Positions 39,744 to 50,596 of a stretch of 64,000 bases of DNA are shown here, piece after piece. Made by a program: the position numbers and the translations under genes. The stretch covers positions 96,001 to 160,000 of the forward strand of contig CAVWHO010000007.1 of assembly GCA_963754875.1 (NCBI GenBank), written 5' to 3'. The number at the start of each line of letters is the position of its first letter. The stretch's first letter is position 1. The stretch comes from Nitrospirota bacterium. GTDB taxonomy: Bacteria; Nitrospirota; UBA9217. The notes under the pieces were generated by a model, which ran no database searches, had not been told where the DNA came from, and worked only from the letters and a program-made list of their open reading frames with translations.

Positions 39744-39767
39744 ATAATAGTATTTGGCTTCGGTTGC

Positions 39768-40421
39768 TTACTTCTTCGCAGCAATCCCCTTCTTGATCGC
39801 ATTCACCACGCCGTCGCTTGATGCCTCTTTAATCGTGAGAAGCATGCCCTGCTTACCATAGTAGCCGATGAGCGGTGCAGTCTTTTCGTTATAGGTATCG
39901 AGCCGTTTGGAAATGGCCTCCACGGTCTCGTCCGCGCGCTGGATCGTCGGGCTGCCGCACTTCTTGCACTTGTCGCCCGGCGCCGGCGGATTGCTCTTGA
40001 TGTTGTAGATTTCCTGGCACGCGGTATTGGAGCAGGTCCTGCGGGTCGTCAACCGGTCGAGGATCACATCGCGCGGAACGTCGATGTTGGCCACAAGGTC
40101 GAGCTCGATGTTCAGCTTCGTGAGCATCTTGCCGAGCTCGTCCGCCTGGGGGATGGTCCGCGGGAACCCGTCGAGCAGGAACCCTTTCTGGCAATCCTTT
40201 TCCTGGAGCCGCTGCCCCATGATGCCCATGATGAGTGAGTCGGGGACCAGGTCGCCCCGGTCCATGTAGCCCTGCGCTTCCTTGCCGAGCGGCGTTCCTG
40301 CTTTTACTGCGCCCCGAAGAATGTCACCCGTCGAGATCTGGACCGAACCGTCCAGAGCCGTCAACAGTTTTGCCACCGTGCCCTTGCCTGCGCCCGGCGC
40401 GCCCAAAAGAATGATTCTCAT
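39768..40421 (-). CDS. adk: Adenylate kinase (zinc-lid type)
   Basis: GAPGAGKGT, STGDILR, LDGFPRT; four lid cysteines. Confidence 0.95.
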   Translation of the reverse strand: MRIILLGAPGAGKGTVAKLLTALDGSVQISTGDILRGAVKAGTPLGKEAQGYMDRGDLVPDSLIMGIMGQRLQEKDCQKGFLLDGFPRTIPQADELGKMLTKLNIELDLVANIDVPRDVILDRLTTRRTCSNTACQEIYNIKSNPPAPGDKCKKCGSPTIQRADETVEAISKRLDTYNEKTAPLIGYYGKQGMLLTIKEASSDGVVNAIKKGIAAKK

Positions 40422-40584
40422 CGCTAAAAGCCTCCTTACAGGAAAAGTGAAATGTGTGTTTCAAAGCGGCCATTATCGTATGATCGGGGCGGAAAATCAA
40501 GGAAAATGTCTCACTGCAAATGGGGGCCATTCTTGACAGCTGCCACTGGAGAGTCAGGGAGCCGGCATGAAGCATGCGCCCGCA

Positions 40585-41592
40585 TCACAGGAGAGCGCCT
40601 GTTGCCTGCCCTCTTCTCTCGACAAGCGGTAAGGTGAGGGTGAAGGTACTTCCCTTTCCGTACATGCTCGTGGCCCATATCCGGCCGCCGTGGTATTCGA
40701 CGATCTGGCGAGCAATGGCGAGGCCCAGTCCAGATCCTTCGATCGTGTTCGTAAGCTGGTCTCCTGATCTCTGGAATTTATCGAATATCAGCTCCAGGTC
40801 CTGGGCCGGAATGCCTATTCCGGTGTCCGAGATCGCTACCACAATCTGCGCCGCAGGGACAGACTCTGCATGGGCCGCAATATGGATGGATCCTCCCGTT
40901 GGCGTAAACTTGAGTGCGTTGGAAATGATGTTCGTGACCACCTGGGCGAGACGGTCACGGTCACCCCGGAGGACCGGAAGGGGCGAATTAAACTTCGTTG
41001 TCAAATGGAGTCCCTTGTTTTCCAAGAGGGGCCGTATATACTCAAGAGACTGCAGAATAACATCCTCGATGGAAAGCTCTTCTAATCGCCACTTCATGGA
41101 ATCTGCTTCGATCCGGGCAAGGTCGAGGAGGTCCTCTATCAGGCGTGTAAGCCGGTCTGCTTCAAGATTAATCGTACGTGCGAGTTTCGCCCGCTGCTGA
41201 CCGTCCATTTCCGGCTTCATGAGGATCAGCTCGACGAACGCCTTGATGGTCGTGAGCGGAGTGCGAAGTTCATGGGAGACGACGGAAATGAAGTCCGATT
41301 TCATTTTGTCGATCTCCTGCAGTTTCCGGTTCATTTTTTGCAGCTGCTCGTTGCTCTTTTGCAGCCCCGTAATGTGTTTTACAAAATAAATGACGACCGA
41401 TGCTACGATCAAGGGAACGACCATGGCGTCAACAGCACCGATGATCAGCGTTTCCCGCGAAACGCCCCGCCACCACAGACGTCCCTGGACAGCACTCAGG
41501 AGAAATGTGATGAGTTCAGAGGAAACGATCGAGATCCAGACAAAGTGCCAGGGGTTTATTCGTTCCAGCTTTTCGATGGTCTTTGAAATCAT
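40585..41592 (-). CDS. Membrane sensor histidine kinase
   Basis: 2 TM segments; SHELRTPL; NALKFT; DTGIGI; GSGLGLAI. Confidence 0.9.
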   Translation of the reverse strand: MISKTIEKLERINPWHFVWISIVSSELITFLLSAVQGRLWWRGVSRETLIIGAVDAMVVPLIVASVVIYFVKHITGLQKSNEQLQKMNRKLQEIDKMKSDFISVVSHELRTPLTTIKAFVELILMKPEMDGQQRAKLARTINLEADRLTRLIEDLLDLARIEADSMKWRLEELSIEDVILQSLEYIRPLLENKGLHLTTKFNSPLPVLRGDRDRLAQVVTNIISNALKFTPTGGSIHIAAHAESVPAAQIVVAISDTGIGIPAQDLELIFDKFQRSGDQLTNTIEGSGLGLAIARQIVEYHGGRIWATSMYGKGSTFTLTLPLVERRGQATGALL

Positions 41593-41729
41593 GCGTGGAC
41601 CCGCCCGTTACGCCTCACGAAATGTTTTCGTTGCCCGCTAAATATACCATAATGCCGTTGCCCTCCTCCAGAAAATTTTCCATTCGGGTTGAGTGACTTC
41701 GGAGCATGAAAACGGTCCTGGCACATTCG

Positions 41730-42740
41730 TCAGAGTGGGAAATGGCAGGCGACATGGTGGGCTCCGCCGGTGTCTTTAAGCCGGGGCTCGGTGGCGGGAT
41801 CCGTACAGACAGACGGTTTGCCCTTGGACTCATAGACCGGACAGCGCGGCGCGAATCGGCAGCCTTCGATCGGCCGCTCGAAATCGAACACGCCCCAGCG
41901 CCCTGCGGGAATGCTTTTGGACTTTCCGGTGACCTCCCTGCTTTGCTTCTCCACGAGTGAGGACCAGAGAATGTGGGTGTACGGATGGCGCGGCTTGTGC
42001 GCAATGCGGTCCGCGACCCCGATCTCCACAATCTTGCCGAGGTACATCACGGCCACCTTGTGGCTGACGAGCTCGACCACGCGAAGATCGTGGGAGATGA
42101 ACAGAAAGGAGAGCCCGAGGTGTTTCTGCAGGTCCCGGAGGAGGTTCACGACCTGCGCCTGGATCGACACGTCGAGGGCGCTCGTTGGTTCATCGGCAAC
42201 GATGAACCGCGCTCCCACGGCAAGCACGCGTGCAATGCCCACTCGCCGCTTTTCGCCGCCCGAAAGTTCACGCGGGAAATTGCCGAGCTTTGCCGTTTTG
42301 AGGTTCACCTGCTCGAGCAAATCGCTGATGCGTTTTTCCACGTCGGCGCCGGCCAGCGGGTGATGGATCGTAATCGCTTCTTTCAAAATATCCCGAATAC
42401 GCATCTTGGGATTGAGAGCAGCGTCCAGATCCTGAAAGATCATCTGCATCTTTCCCCGGAGCCGGCGAAGCTCCCCAGTCGGGACATTCGTAATGTCCCT
42501 GTCCTCGAAGAGGATCCTGCCTGAGGTGGGCTTTTCAAGACGAAGGATGGTCCTGCCGATCGTGGTCTTGCCGCACCCCGACTCGCCGACGAGCCCGACC
42601 GTCTCGTTCTCTTTCAGGCAAAAACTTACCTTATCCACTGCGGGGATGTACTGTGCCTTCTCCTTGAAGGCGGAGAATACCCCCTTGCGGAGAGCAAAGT
42701 GCTTTTTGAGGTCTATGACTTCGAGAATGGTCTTCGGCAT
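41730..42740 (-). CDS. Peptide ABC transporter ATPase (OppF/DppF-like)
   Basis: GESGCGKT, LSGGE, DEPTSALD, HPYT, C-terminal Cys cluster. Confidence 0.92.
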   Translation of the reverse strand: MPKTILEVIDLKKHFALRKGVFSAFKEKAQYIPAVDKVSFCLKENETVGLVGESGCGKTTIGRTILRLEKPTSGRILFEDRDITNVPTGELRRLRGKMQMIFQDLDAALNPKMRIRDILKEAITIHHPLAGADVEKRISDLLEQVNLKTAKLGNFPRELSGGEKRRVGIARVLAVGARFIVADEPTSALDVSIQAQVVNLLRDLQKHLGLSFLFISHDLRVVELVSHKVAVMYLGKIVEIGVADRIAHKPRHPYTHILWSSLVEKQSREVTGKSKSIPAGRWGVFDFERPIEGCRFAPRCPVYESKGKPSVCTDPATEPRLKDTGGAHHVACHFPL

Positions 42741-42756
42741 TAGAACCCTTCATGCA

Positions 42757-42906
42757 ACCATAGATGAACACAGATTAACACTGTAATGATATAACTGAAG
42801 ACGAAGACTTAAGAGCAGAGCGTTGATTCATATTATACATTTAGCTACTTGTTCTATCAGCTCTCATCCGTGTTCATCCGTGTGTCCCGTCCGCGGGACC
42901 CGTGGT
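42757..42906. repeat. Intergenic inverted-repeat element
   Basis: ACCATAGATGAACACAGAT ... ATCCGTGTTCATCCGTGTG...CCGTGGT around an AT-rich core. Confidence 0.6.
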
Positions 42907-42918
42907 TCCCTATGGTAT

Positions 42919-44018
<1,100 letters not shown>

Positions 44019-44022
<4 letters not shown>

Positions 44023-44912
44023 TTGGCTCTCCGGCCTTCGAGTATGTTGTTCAGCCCGTCGCCGAGCAGATGGAAGCCGAGGATGGTAAAGAGAATCGCG
44101 AGCGCAGGGGCTGTCGAGGGCCAGAACGTGCCCTGCATAAAATAATTGGCGCCGGCCTGCACCATGTTGCCCCACGACGGCGTGGGCTCCTGCACGCCGA
44201 AGCCGAGATAACTGAGGCTCGTCTCCATCAGGATGGCCTCTGCCATGCCGAGCGTTGCCTGGATAATGAGGAGCGAGCGGCAGTTATGCCACAGGATGTG
44301 CCGCAGGATGATCGTCCCTGTCGGCACGCCCAGGGCGATATCTGCCTCGATGAAGTTTTTTTGCTTCAAGAAAAGGATCTTGCCTTTGATGAGCGACGCA
44401 ACGACCGGCACGTTCGTGAGCCCCACAACGAGCATGATATAGTAGATGTCCGGCTTGAACGCCGCTATCACGAGCAGGATGAGCACGAGGCGCGGGAAGG
44501 AGTCTACGAGGTTGGTGATATACGTTATGGCTGCGTCGAATTTTCCGCCGCGATAGCCGGCAAGTACTCCGAACAGAGTGCCGAAGAGAAGCGCAATGAA
44601 TATTGCGAGCAGCCCCGGCAGGAAATAGGCTTGAATGCCTACGATCAAGCGAGAAAGCATGTCTCGGCCCATGAAGTCCGTGCCGAGCGGGTGGCCGGGC
44701 GTACCGGGCGCTGCCATCATGAGTTCGAGATCAATGTTTTGCGGGTCGTTCGGCAAAAGGTTGAACGAACCAAGGAGGTAGGAGACAACGACAAGCGCAA
44801 CGATGAGCAGGCCGTAGCCCACGTACGCGAGGTCGACGGCATCCGCCTTCTTCCAGAACGGCAGGTCAGAAAACTCACCAATCTCGCCGGATATTTGGGT
44901 GTAGGTTTTCAT
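44019..44912 (-). CDS. Peptide ABC permease (OppC/DppC-like)
   Basis: HPLGTDFMGRD; LSYLGFGVQEPTPSWG. Confidence 0.9.
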
Positions 44913-44980
44913 AATATTTGGACCAAGGCAACCGTGTTGCCGTTTAAAACGGCACGCCGACACGGTCGGCTCGCTCCCTG

Positions 44981-45946
44981 TTATTCTTTCGACGCTCTTG
45001 GATTCACCGCCACGTACACCACGCTCTGGAACAGGCTGCCCATGCGCACGAGGACCGCGGCCAGGATCGCGATGCCCATGATCACCGGGTAGTCCCGGTC
45101 CTGCGCTGCCTGCCAGGCCATCCTTCCCATGCCGGGCCAGTTGAACACCTGCTCCACGATCACGGCGCCGCCGAGGATGAAAGGAATTTTGGCCGCGATC
45201 ATCTCGGTCACGGGGATGAGCAGGCCTTCCTTAAAGGCATGCTTCCAGACCGACGCGCCTTTGGCCTTCGCCGTACGGATGTAGTCCTCGGCCATCACTC
45301 TTTCCATTTCCTGGCGCAGGAAGCGGATCACCTCGCTGATCGTTCCGTTCCCCACGCCAAGCACGAAGATCGGCAGCAGCATATAGAGCCAGCGGTATTT
45401 CTGTCCCCCGTTCGAAAACCCGAAAGCGAGCGGAAACAAGCCAAGCTTGTGCGTGAAAAAGTAGATGACGATGTAGCCCAGCCAGAACACCGGCAAGGCC
45501 GAGACCACGTAGGAGAACATGGTGAGGGGCCACGAAAGCCTATTGATGCCGCGAACTGCAGAGTAGAGTGCTAGAGGCACGGCGATAAGGAGCGTTATGA
45601 TGAGAGAGCCGATAGTAAGCAGGAACGTATTGAGCCCAACGCGCAGCACTTCCGGGAGTACCGGCAGGCCGGTGCGGATCGAAGTGCCGAAGTTCCCGGT
45701 GAGCATGCCCATAAGCCAGGATAGGTACTGGGCATACCATCCCTTCGAAACACCAAGCGCCTCGCGCACGCCTGCCCGGGCTTCTGCCGTCGGCGTCTGC
45801 CCTTCGAGCAGAACGCTGAACGGGTCGCCAGGGGACAAATAAAGAATGATGAACACCACGAAGCTCACGCCGAGGAGCAGCAGCGCTGTGATCACCAGCT
45901 CCCTGGACAGGGCCAGGGCTATGGGCCGGAAGGCAGAAAGCTTCAT
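44981..45946 (-). CDS. Peptide ABC permease (OppB/DppB-like)
   Basis: PGDP; GNFGTS; DYIRTAKAKG; FNWPGMG; RDYPVI. Confidence 0.92.
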   Translation of the reverse strand: MKLSAFRPIALALSRELVITALLLLGVSFVVFIILYLSPGDPFSVLLEGQTPTAEARAGVREALGVSKGWYAQYLSWLMGMLTGNFGTSIRTGLPVLPEVLRVGLNTFLLTIGSLIITLLIAVPLALYSAVRGINRLSWPLTMFSYVVSALPVFWLGYIVIYFFTHKLGLFPLAFGFSNGGQKYRWLYMLLPIFVLGVGNGTISEVIRFLRQEMERVMAEDYIRTAKAKGASVWKHAFKEGLLIPVTEMIAAKIPFILGGAVIVEQVFNWPGMGRMAWQAAQDRDYPVIMGIAILAAVLVRMGSLFQSVVYVAVNPRASKE

Positions 45947-45956
45947 ACGCTCAATC

Positions 45957-46042
45957 AGCAGAGAGCATAGCGCAGAGGGCAGGGAGCGAAGACAAGAGAT
46001 TCAGACGCTTTCAAGCTCTGCCTTCTGCTCCCTGCTTCATGC
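45957..46042. repeat. Heptamer-based inverted repeat
   Basis: GCAGAGA GCATAGC GCAGAGG GCAGGGA ... TGCCTTC TGCTCCC TGCTTCA TGC. Confidence 0.6.
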
Positions 46043-46047
46043 CGCCT

Positions 46048-47665
46048 CTATTTCTGGTCTTTCTCCTCCATGAACCAATCATCGGCGTAGGAAAAGAACT
46101 TGTAGGGGTGAATGGCCACGCGCCTGATCTTTTTCTGGTATGCAGTATAGTTCGTAAGCGTCCAGAGGAAGGTATAGGGGTTCTCATCGGCCAGTATCGC
46201 GTGGAGCTTCCGGTTGATGGTCCTGCGCTTTTCGTGGTCCAGCGTGAGCTTGCTCTCGTTGATCAGGCCGTCCACTTCCGGGTTGGAATAGCCGCCGAAG
46301 TTGTTCTTCCACGCACCGATCTCGCCGGAGTGAAAAAGAGACGAGATGTCGGCCGAATCGTCGAACACCCAGGACGCGAACATGATGTCGAAGTCGTGCT
46401 CCAGGAACACGTCCTCCTTCCAGGCCTGCCATTCCTTGAACTCCACGTTGATGTCCACGCCGATGTTCTTGAGATAGTTCTTGAACGCGAGCACCACGCG
46501 CTTCACGGCCTCGCTCTCCTTCTCGATCGGCACCTTGAGCGACAGCGCCAGTCGTCTTGCCGTTCTTCTGCATGATGCCATCGGCGCCGCGGCTGAAACC
46601 CGCTTCCTGGAGCAGCGCCTTCGCCTTTTCTGGATCAAAGGGAAGAGGCTGCACGTCGAGGTTGTAGGCCCAGCTGCCGGGCGCGAAGGGGCCGGAGATG
46701 ATGGTCCCCTGGCCGTTAAAGAACGAATCGAGCATCTCCTGCCGGTTCACGGCATAGGTAAAGGCCTTCCGCACGCGCTTGTCGGCCAGGAGCGGGTTCC
46801 GTACGTTGTAGCCGAAGAACGAGTAGGACAGCGCGTTGTAGGGCTGAAGGATGAATCGCTTGTCCCCCTGGATCTCGGGGATGTCGCGCGGGTTCACGAG
46901 CACGATCATGTCGATGGCGTTGAACATGAGCGCCTGGGTCATGATGTTCTGGTCGGCGAACGGCTTGGCAATGAACGTGTCGATGTGCGGACGGCCTTTG
47001 AAGTAGTTGTCGTTCGCCGAAAGGACGATCTCCCGCTCGGCCGTCACGTTTTTTAGCATATACGGACCGGTGCCGATGGGGTTCTGAACAAAGGGATCGT
47101 CACGGGTCAGATAATTTGGATTGGTCGGCCCGTGCTTCGGGATGATCTTGAAGCTGAACTTGGCCAGCGCGTTCAGGATCGGCCGCTTGAGCGTGAACTT
47201 GACGGTATAGTCATCGACCTTTTCCACGCTGTCGATGAACTCATAGCGCACTTTGAGCGGGGTGATGGTCTTAGGATGCATCATGATCTTGTAGGTGAAA
47301 ACCACGTCATCGGCCGTAAACGGCTTGGGTTCCTCTCCCTCTTTCGGATGCCAGGTCACGTCCTTCCGGAGATAAAAGGTGTAAATGCGACCGTCCGGGG
47401 AACGGTCCCACTTCTCCGCCAGCTCGGGAACGATCTCCTGCTTTTCATTGATCCCGACGAGGCCGTTGAAGATGAGCTCGGTCAAGCGCAGCGAAATCAT
47501 CTCGTTGCTCGTGATCGGGTCGAGAGTCGCCGGCCGGCCGTATTCGCCGTAGCTCAGCGTGCCGCCGTCCGGCCGATTGTCCTTCTTGTGCTCTGCCTGG
47601 CCAACAGCAGCCGCTGCCATCACCGCAATGACGCTCAGAAGTAGAACCACCAGCATGCGTTTCAT
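46048..47665 (-). CDS. Peptide ABC substrate-binding protein (OppA/AppA-like; +1 frameshift near 46555)
   Basis: Signal peptide; PELAEKW..SPDG..YTFYLR; PIGTGPY; C-terminus (NFGGYSNPEVD) continues in the next frame. Confidence 0.9.
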
Positions 47666-47684
47666 AATTTCCTCCTCGATAGCA

Positions 47685-47735
47685 TTTCGGAATGCGGATT
47701 GCGGAATGCGATTTGAAATCCGAATTCTACAATCT
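47685..47735. repeat. Heptamer-based inverted repeat
   Basis: TTCGGAA TGCGGAT TGCGGAA TGCG ... AATCCGA ATTCTAC AATCTG. Confidence 0.55.
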
Positions 47736-47737
47736 GT

Positions 47738-49225
47738 TCAATTGATCTTCACGTCCCCGGCGCTCTTGTGTTCCACGGCATAAATGCCCTGCAGCGCTTC
47801 CTGGATCTGGCGCACCTCAGGGAATTGCTTGCTCATCTCGAAGTAGATCTCAAGGGCCTCGGAAAAATTTTTGGTTCGGTAATAGGCTTCCGCGAGATTC
47901 ACGAGCATGGCCGGATCGTTCGCTTCGATTTTGTTCTTGTTGCCCTTGTCGCGTCCTGCCTCCAGGTACGAGGCCGCCTTGGCGTAATCAAGCTTCCGGA
48001 GATAATACCTGCCGACGGCGATCTTGAGGATAGAATATTTTCTGCCTTCTCCAGCCTCGGCCGCGGCTGTGGATTTCTTCACCGTCTGCGCGCATTCGGC
48101 CCTCAGCCTGCTGCAGGCGAACAGGACCTCCGCGAGAAGATCGGGGTCCTCGGGCTGTTTTCGCAGGAGTTCGTCCCAGACGCCCACGGCGTCGGTAACG
48201 CGTCTTTGCTGGTAAAGGTTGGCGCCCTGCCAGACGCGGATGCGGTCTTTATACTGCTGGGGCATCTGCGATGAGGAGACGAAGGCGGCCGTCACTTTTG
48301 CAGACTGATCGAGAGACCCGAAGAGCGCATAGGACTGACCAAGATAAAACTCCGCGGCGTCCTTCACCTTCGGATCAGCCGCTGCTTTTTCCAGGTAGGC
48401 GATGCTCGCCTGACCGTAGATTGTCGCCATATCGCCGAGCAGGGTGAGATCGTAAAAGTTGATGATCTTAGATTTGCCGAGCGTCTCCCGGTACGAATAG
48501 GCCTTGAGTTCCGAACGTTTGAGGAGATCCAGTCCTTTCTCGGTCTGCCCTGCCTTGGCATAGACAGCGAGGATACTTTTGACCATGCGCATCGAGAGCG
48601 GCTTGCCGGACCGTTTCGCTGCTGCAAGGCTCTCGGCAGCGAGGGCCGCGGGATTTTTATCCGCAAGACCCGCTTTGCTGTATGCAGCGGCAAGTTCGGC
48701 CTTCACCTCGGGATCGGAAGAGTCAATCGCTGACCAGAGCTCCTTCGCTTTCTCGGCTTCATGATTCTGATAGTAACACAGGCCGAGACATACCTTGGCC
48801 TCGGACCGGTACCGTGGTTCCAGATTCCCGCTCGCTGAAAATTTTTCCAGGTGGATCGCCGCAGCGGCCGGCTTCCCGGTCTCCATGAGGGCCTCGCCGA
48901 GATAGAAGTCGACGAAATGGCTTCTGGCCGGGCCCCGCGCAGCGGCCAGCTTTTTCAAGCAATCCTGTGATGCAGACGCAGCGGCCTGGAACAACTCGCG
49001 GTGCAGCAGGGCATTCTTGAAGTAGACCATGCCGAGCGTCAGGTTGGCTGTCCCCTGTCTCGGTTGATCGATCGAGGCAGCGTCGGAACGCAGCACTGCA
49101 GCAGCATCCTCGTAATGCTGCTTTTCATAAAGCTTCATCGCCTTCGTCACCGCATCATCTGCAGCAGAGACCTGCACAGCGGTTAGGAGGACAAGAGATG
49201 AAAGAAATAATGCGGTACGTCTCAT
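47738..49225 (-). CDS. Exported TPR protein
   Basis: Signal peptide; repeated TPR-like helices (LGMVYF, LGLCYY, LGQSYA, LAEAYY). Confidence 0.8.
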   Translation of the reverse strand: MRRTALFLSSLVLLTAVQVSAADDAVTKAMKLYEKQHYEDAAAVLRSDAASIDQPRQGTANLTLGMVYFKNALLHRELFQAAASASQDCLKKLAAARGPARSHFVDFYLGEALMETGKPAAAAIHLEKFSASGNLEPRYRSEAKVCLGLCYYQNHEAEKAKELWSAIDSSDPEVKAELAAAYSKAGLADKNPAALAAESLAAAKRSGKPLSMRMVKSILAVYAKAGQTEKGLDLLKRSELKAYSYRETLGKSKIINFYDLTLLGDMATIYGQASIAYLEKAAADPKVKDAAEFYLGQSYALFGSLDQSAKVTAAFVSSSQMPQQYKDRIRVWQGANLYQQRRVTDAVGVWDELLRKQPEDPDLLAEVLFACSRLRAECAQTVKKSTAAAEAGEGRKYSILKIAVGRYYLRKLDYAKAASYLEAGRDKGNKNKIEANDPAMLVNLAEAYYRTKNFSEALEIYFEMSKQFPEVRQIQEALQGIYAVEHKSAGDVKIN

Positions 49226-49322
49226 GCGCGCTCCTGGAATACACTTCAAGGTTCGCCGTGTATCATTCGGGACTGCATACACTTCGAACCGGGGTAAAGA
49301 TCTGTCTTCTTCCTTCCGCTTT

Positions 49323-50582
49323 TCAATCCCTCAGCTTTGCCAGAAAAATCTGGTCCCACTGGTTGATCTGGGCGCGGAACGCAATGGTCCCGTCCCGTGC
49401 GCAGGAAACGTCATGGTTCATCTTCGTATCCGTTTTGAGAGGCACACTCATTTTCAGTTTGACGTCCGCAACGTAGAGCGGATTGTATTCCTGTCGGTCG
49501 TTCTTCACATAGATGATCCGGTTGCTGTCCGGCATCCAGGCAGGCCCGGTTTCCACATCGGCAACAACGTCGATTGCCACGGCTTTTGAAGCGAGTCCCT
49601 CACCCTCCGTGGGGTCCGAACCGTCCGCGGCAATGACGAAGATAGACCACATCCTCGGGTCCCCGGCCGCATTGTAGTTGGAATAAAAGGCGATCTTTTT
49701 TCCGTCCGGCGACCATACCGGCCGAAGATCGTCATAGGTCCAGGTCGTGAGCTTTCTTTTGGATTCCATCGGTTTGGCCACGTCGTTGATAATGACGATG
49801 TCGTGGTTTTCATTGCTGCCGTGCATCATCACGAGCTTTTTGCCGTCCGGTGACCATTGGGGATAGAGATAGGCCTTGCCTCCCCGTGTCAGCCGCGTTA
49901 ACACCCGCGTTGCGAGATTAAGAAGATAGACATCACCGTTTCCTGTACGCCCTGACACGAAGACTATGCGGTCCTCGACCGGCGACCACTGGGCCTGGCC
50001 GTCTTTTTCTCTGTGCCGAGTAAGCCGCACCGGGGCACTGCCACCGAGGTCGAGAAGGTAAATATCGTAGTTGCCCTCTCCGCCGTTACTCATGAAAACG
50101 AACCTTAGTTCGTCGGGCGACCAGGTGATGCCCGCGTTGTAGCTGGTTTCATCGTACACGCCGGGAAAAAAGAACCTCATCTCCGAAAGGCTCCGGGACA
50201 ACAGGTGGAAAACCGTCTGGACCGGCGTACCGTCGGATAACGTGACGCGGATCTCCTTTTTATCTCCGACGCTCCGTTCAAAGGCAATGAACGTTCCCTG
50301 AGGGGACCAGATAGGGTTCGAATCGTTCCGTCCCGATTCGATTGCGACGAGCGGCTTTACGAACAGCGGCTCAGCAGCTTCGGGCTTTTCCCCCTCCGCC
50401 TGACTTCCGGTCTCCGTCGTGGCGGAAGACAGGTCGGCAGGAACGACCGACGACGGTGCGGAACTGCCGCTTCCCGTGTCCGTCGGTGCGGGCAGAACGT
50501 CACCGGCAATCGCCGCAGGGACGATGGCCGCTGCAGAGAGCGCAACGGCCCCTAGGGCGCAATAAAGCTTCCAACCCTTCAC
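49323..50582 (-). CDS. TolB-like PD40 beta-propeller protein
   Basis: Signal peptide; six PxWSPDG-type repeats. Confidence 0.85.
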   Translation of the reverse strand: MKGWKLYCALGAVALSAAAIVPAAIAGDVLPAPTDTGSGSSAPSSVVPADLSSATTETGSQAEGEKPEAAEPLFVKPLVAIESGRNDSNPIWSPQGTFIAFERSVGDKKEIRVTLSDGTPVQTVFHLLSRSLSEMRFFFPGVYDETSYNAGITWSPDELRFVFMSNGGEGNYDIYLLDLGGSAPVRLTRHREKDGQAQWSPVEDRIVFVSGRTGNGDVYLLNLATRVLTRLTRGGKAYLYPQWSPDGKKLVMMHGSNENHDIVIINDVAKPMESKRKLTTWTYDDLRPVWSPDGKKIAFYSNYNAAGDPRMWSIFVIAADGSDPTEGEGLASKAVAIDVVADVETGPAWMPDSNRIIYVKNDRQEYNPLYVADVKLKMSVPLKTDTKMNHDVSCARDGTIAFRAQINQWDQIFLAKLRD

Positions 50583-50596
50583 CAGGCTAACTCCGT

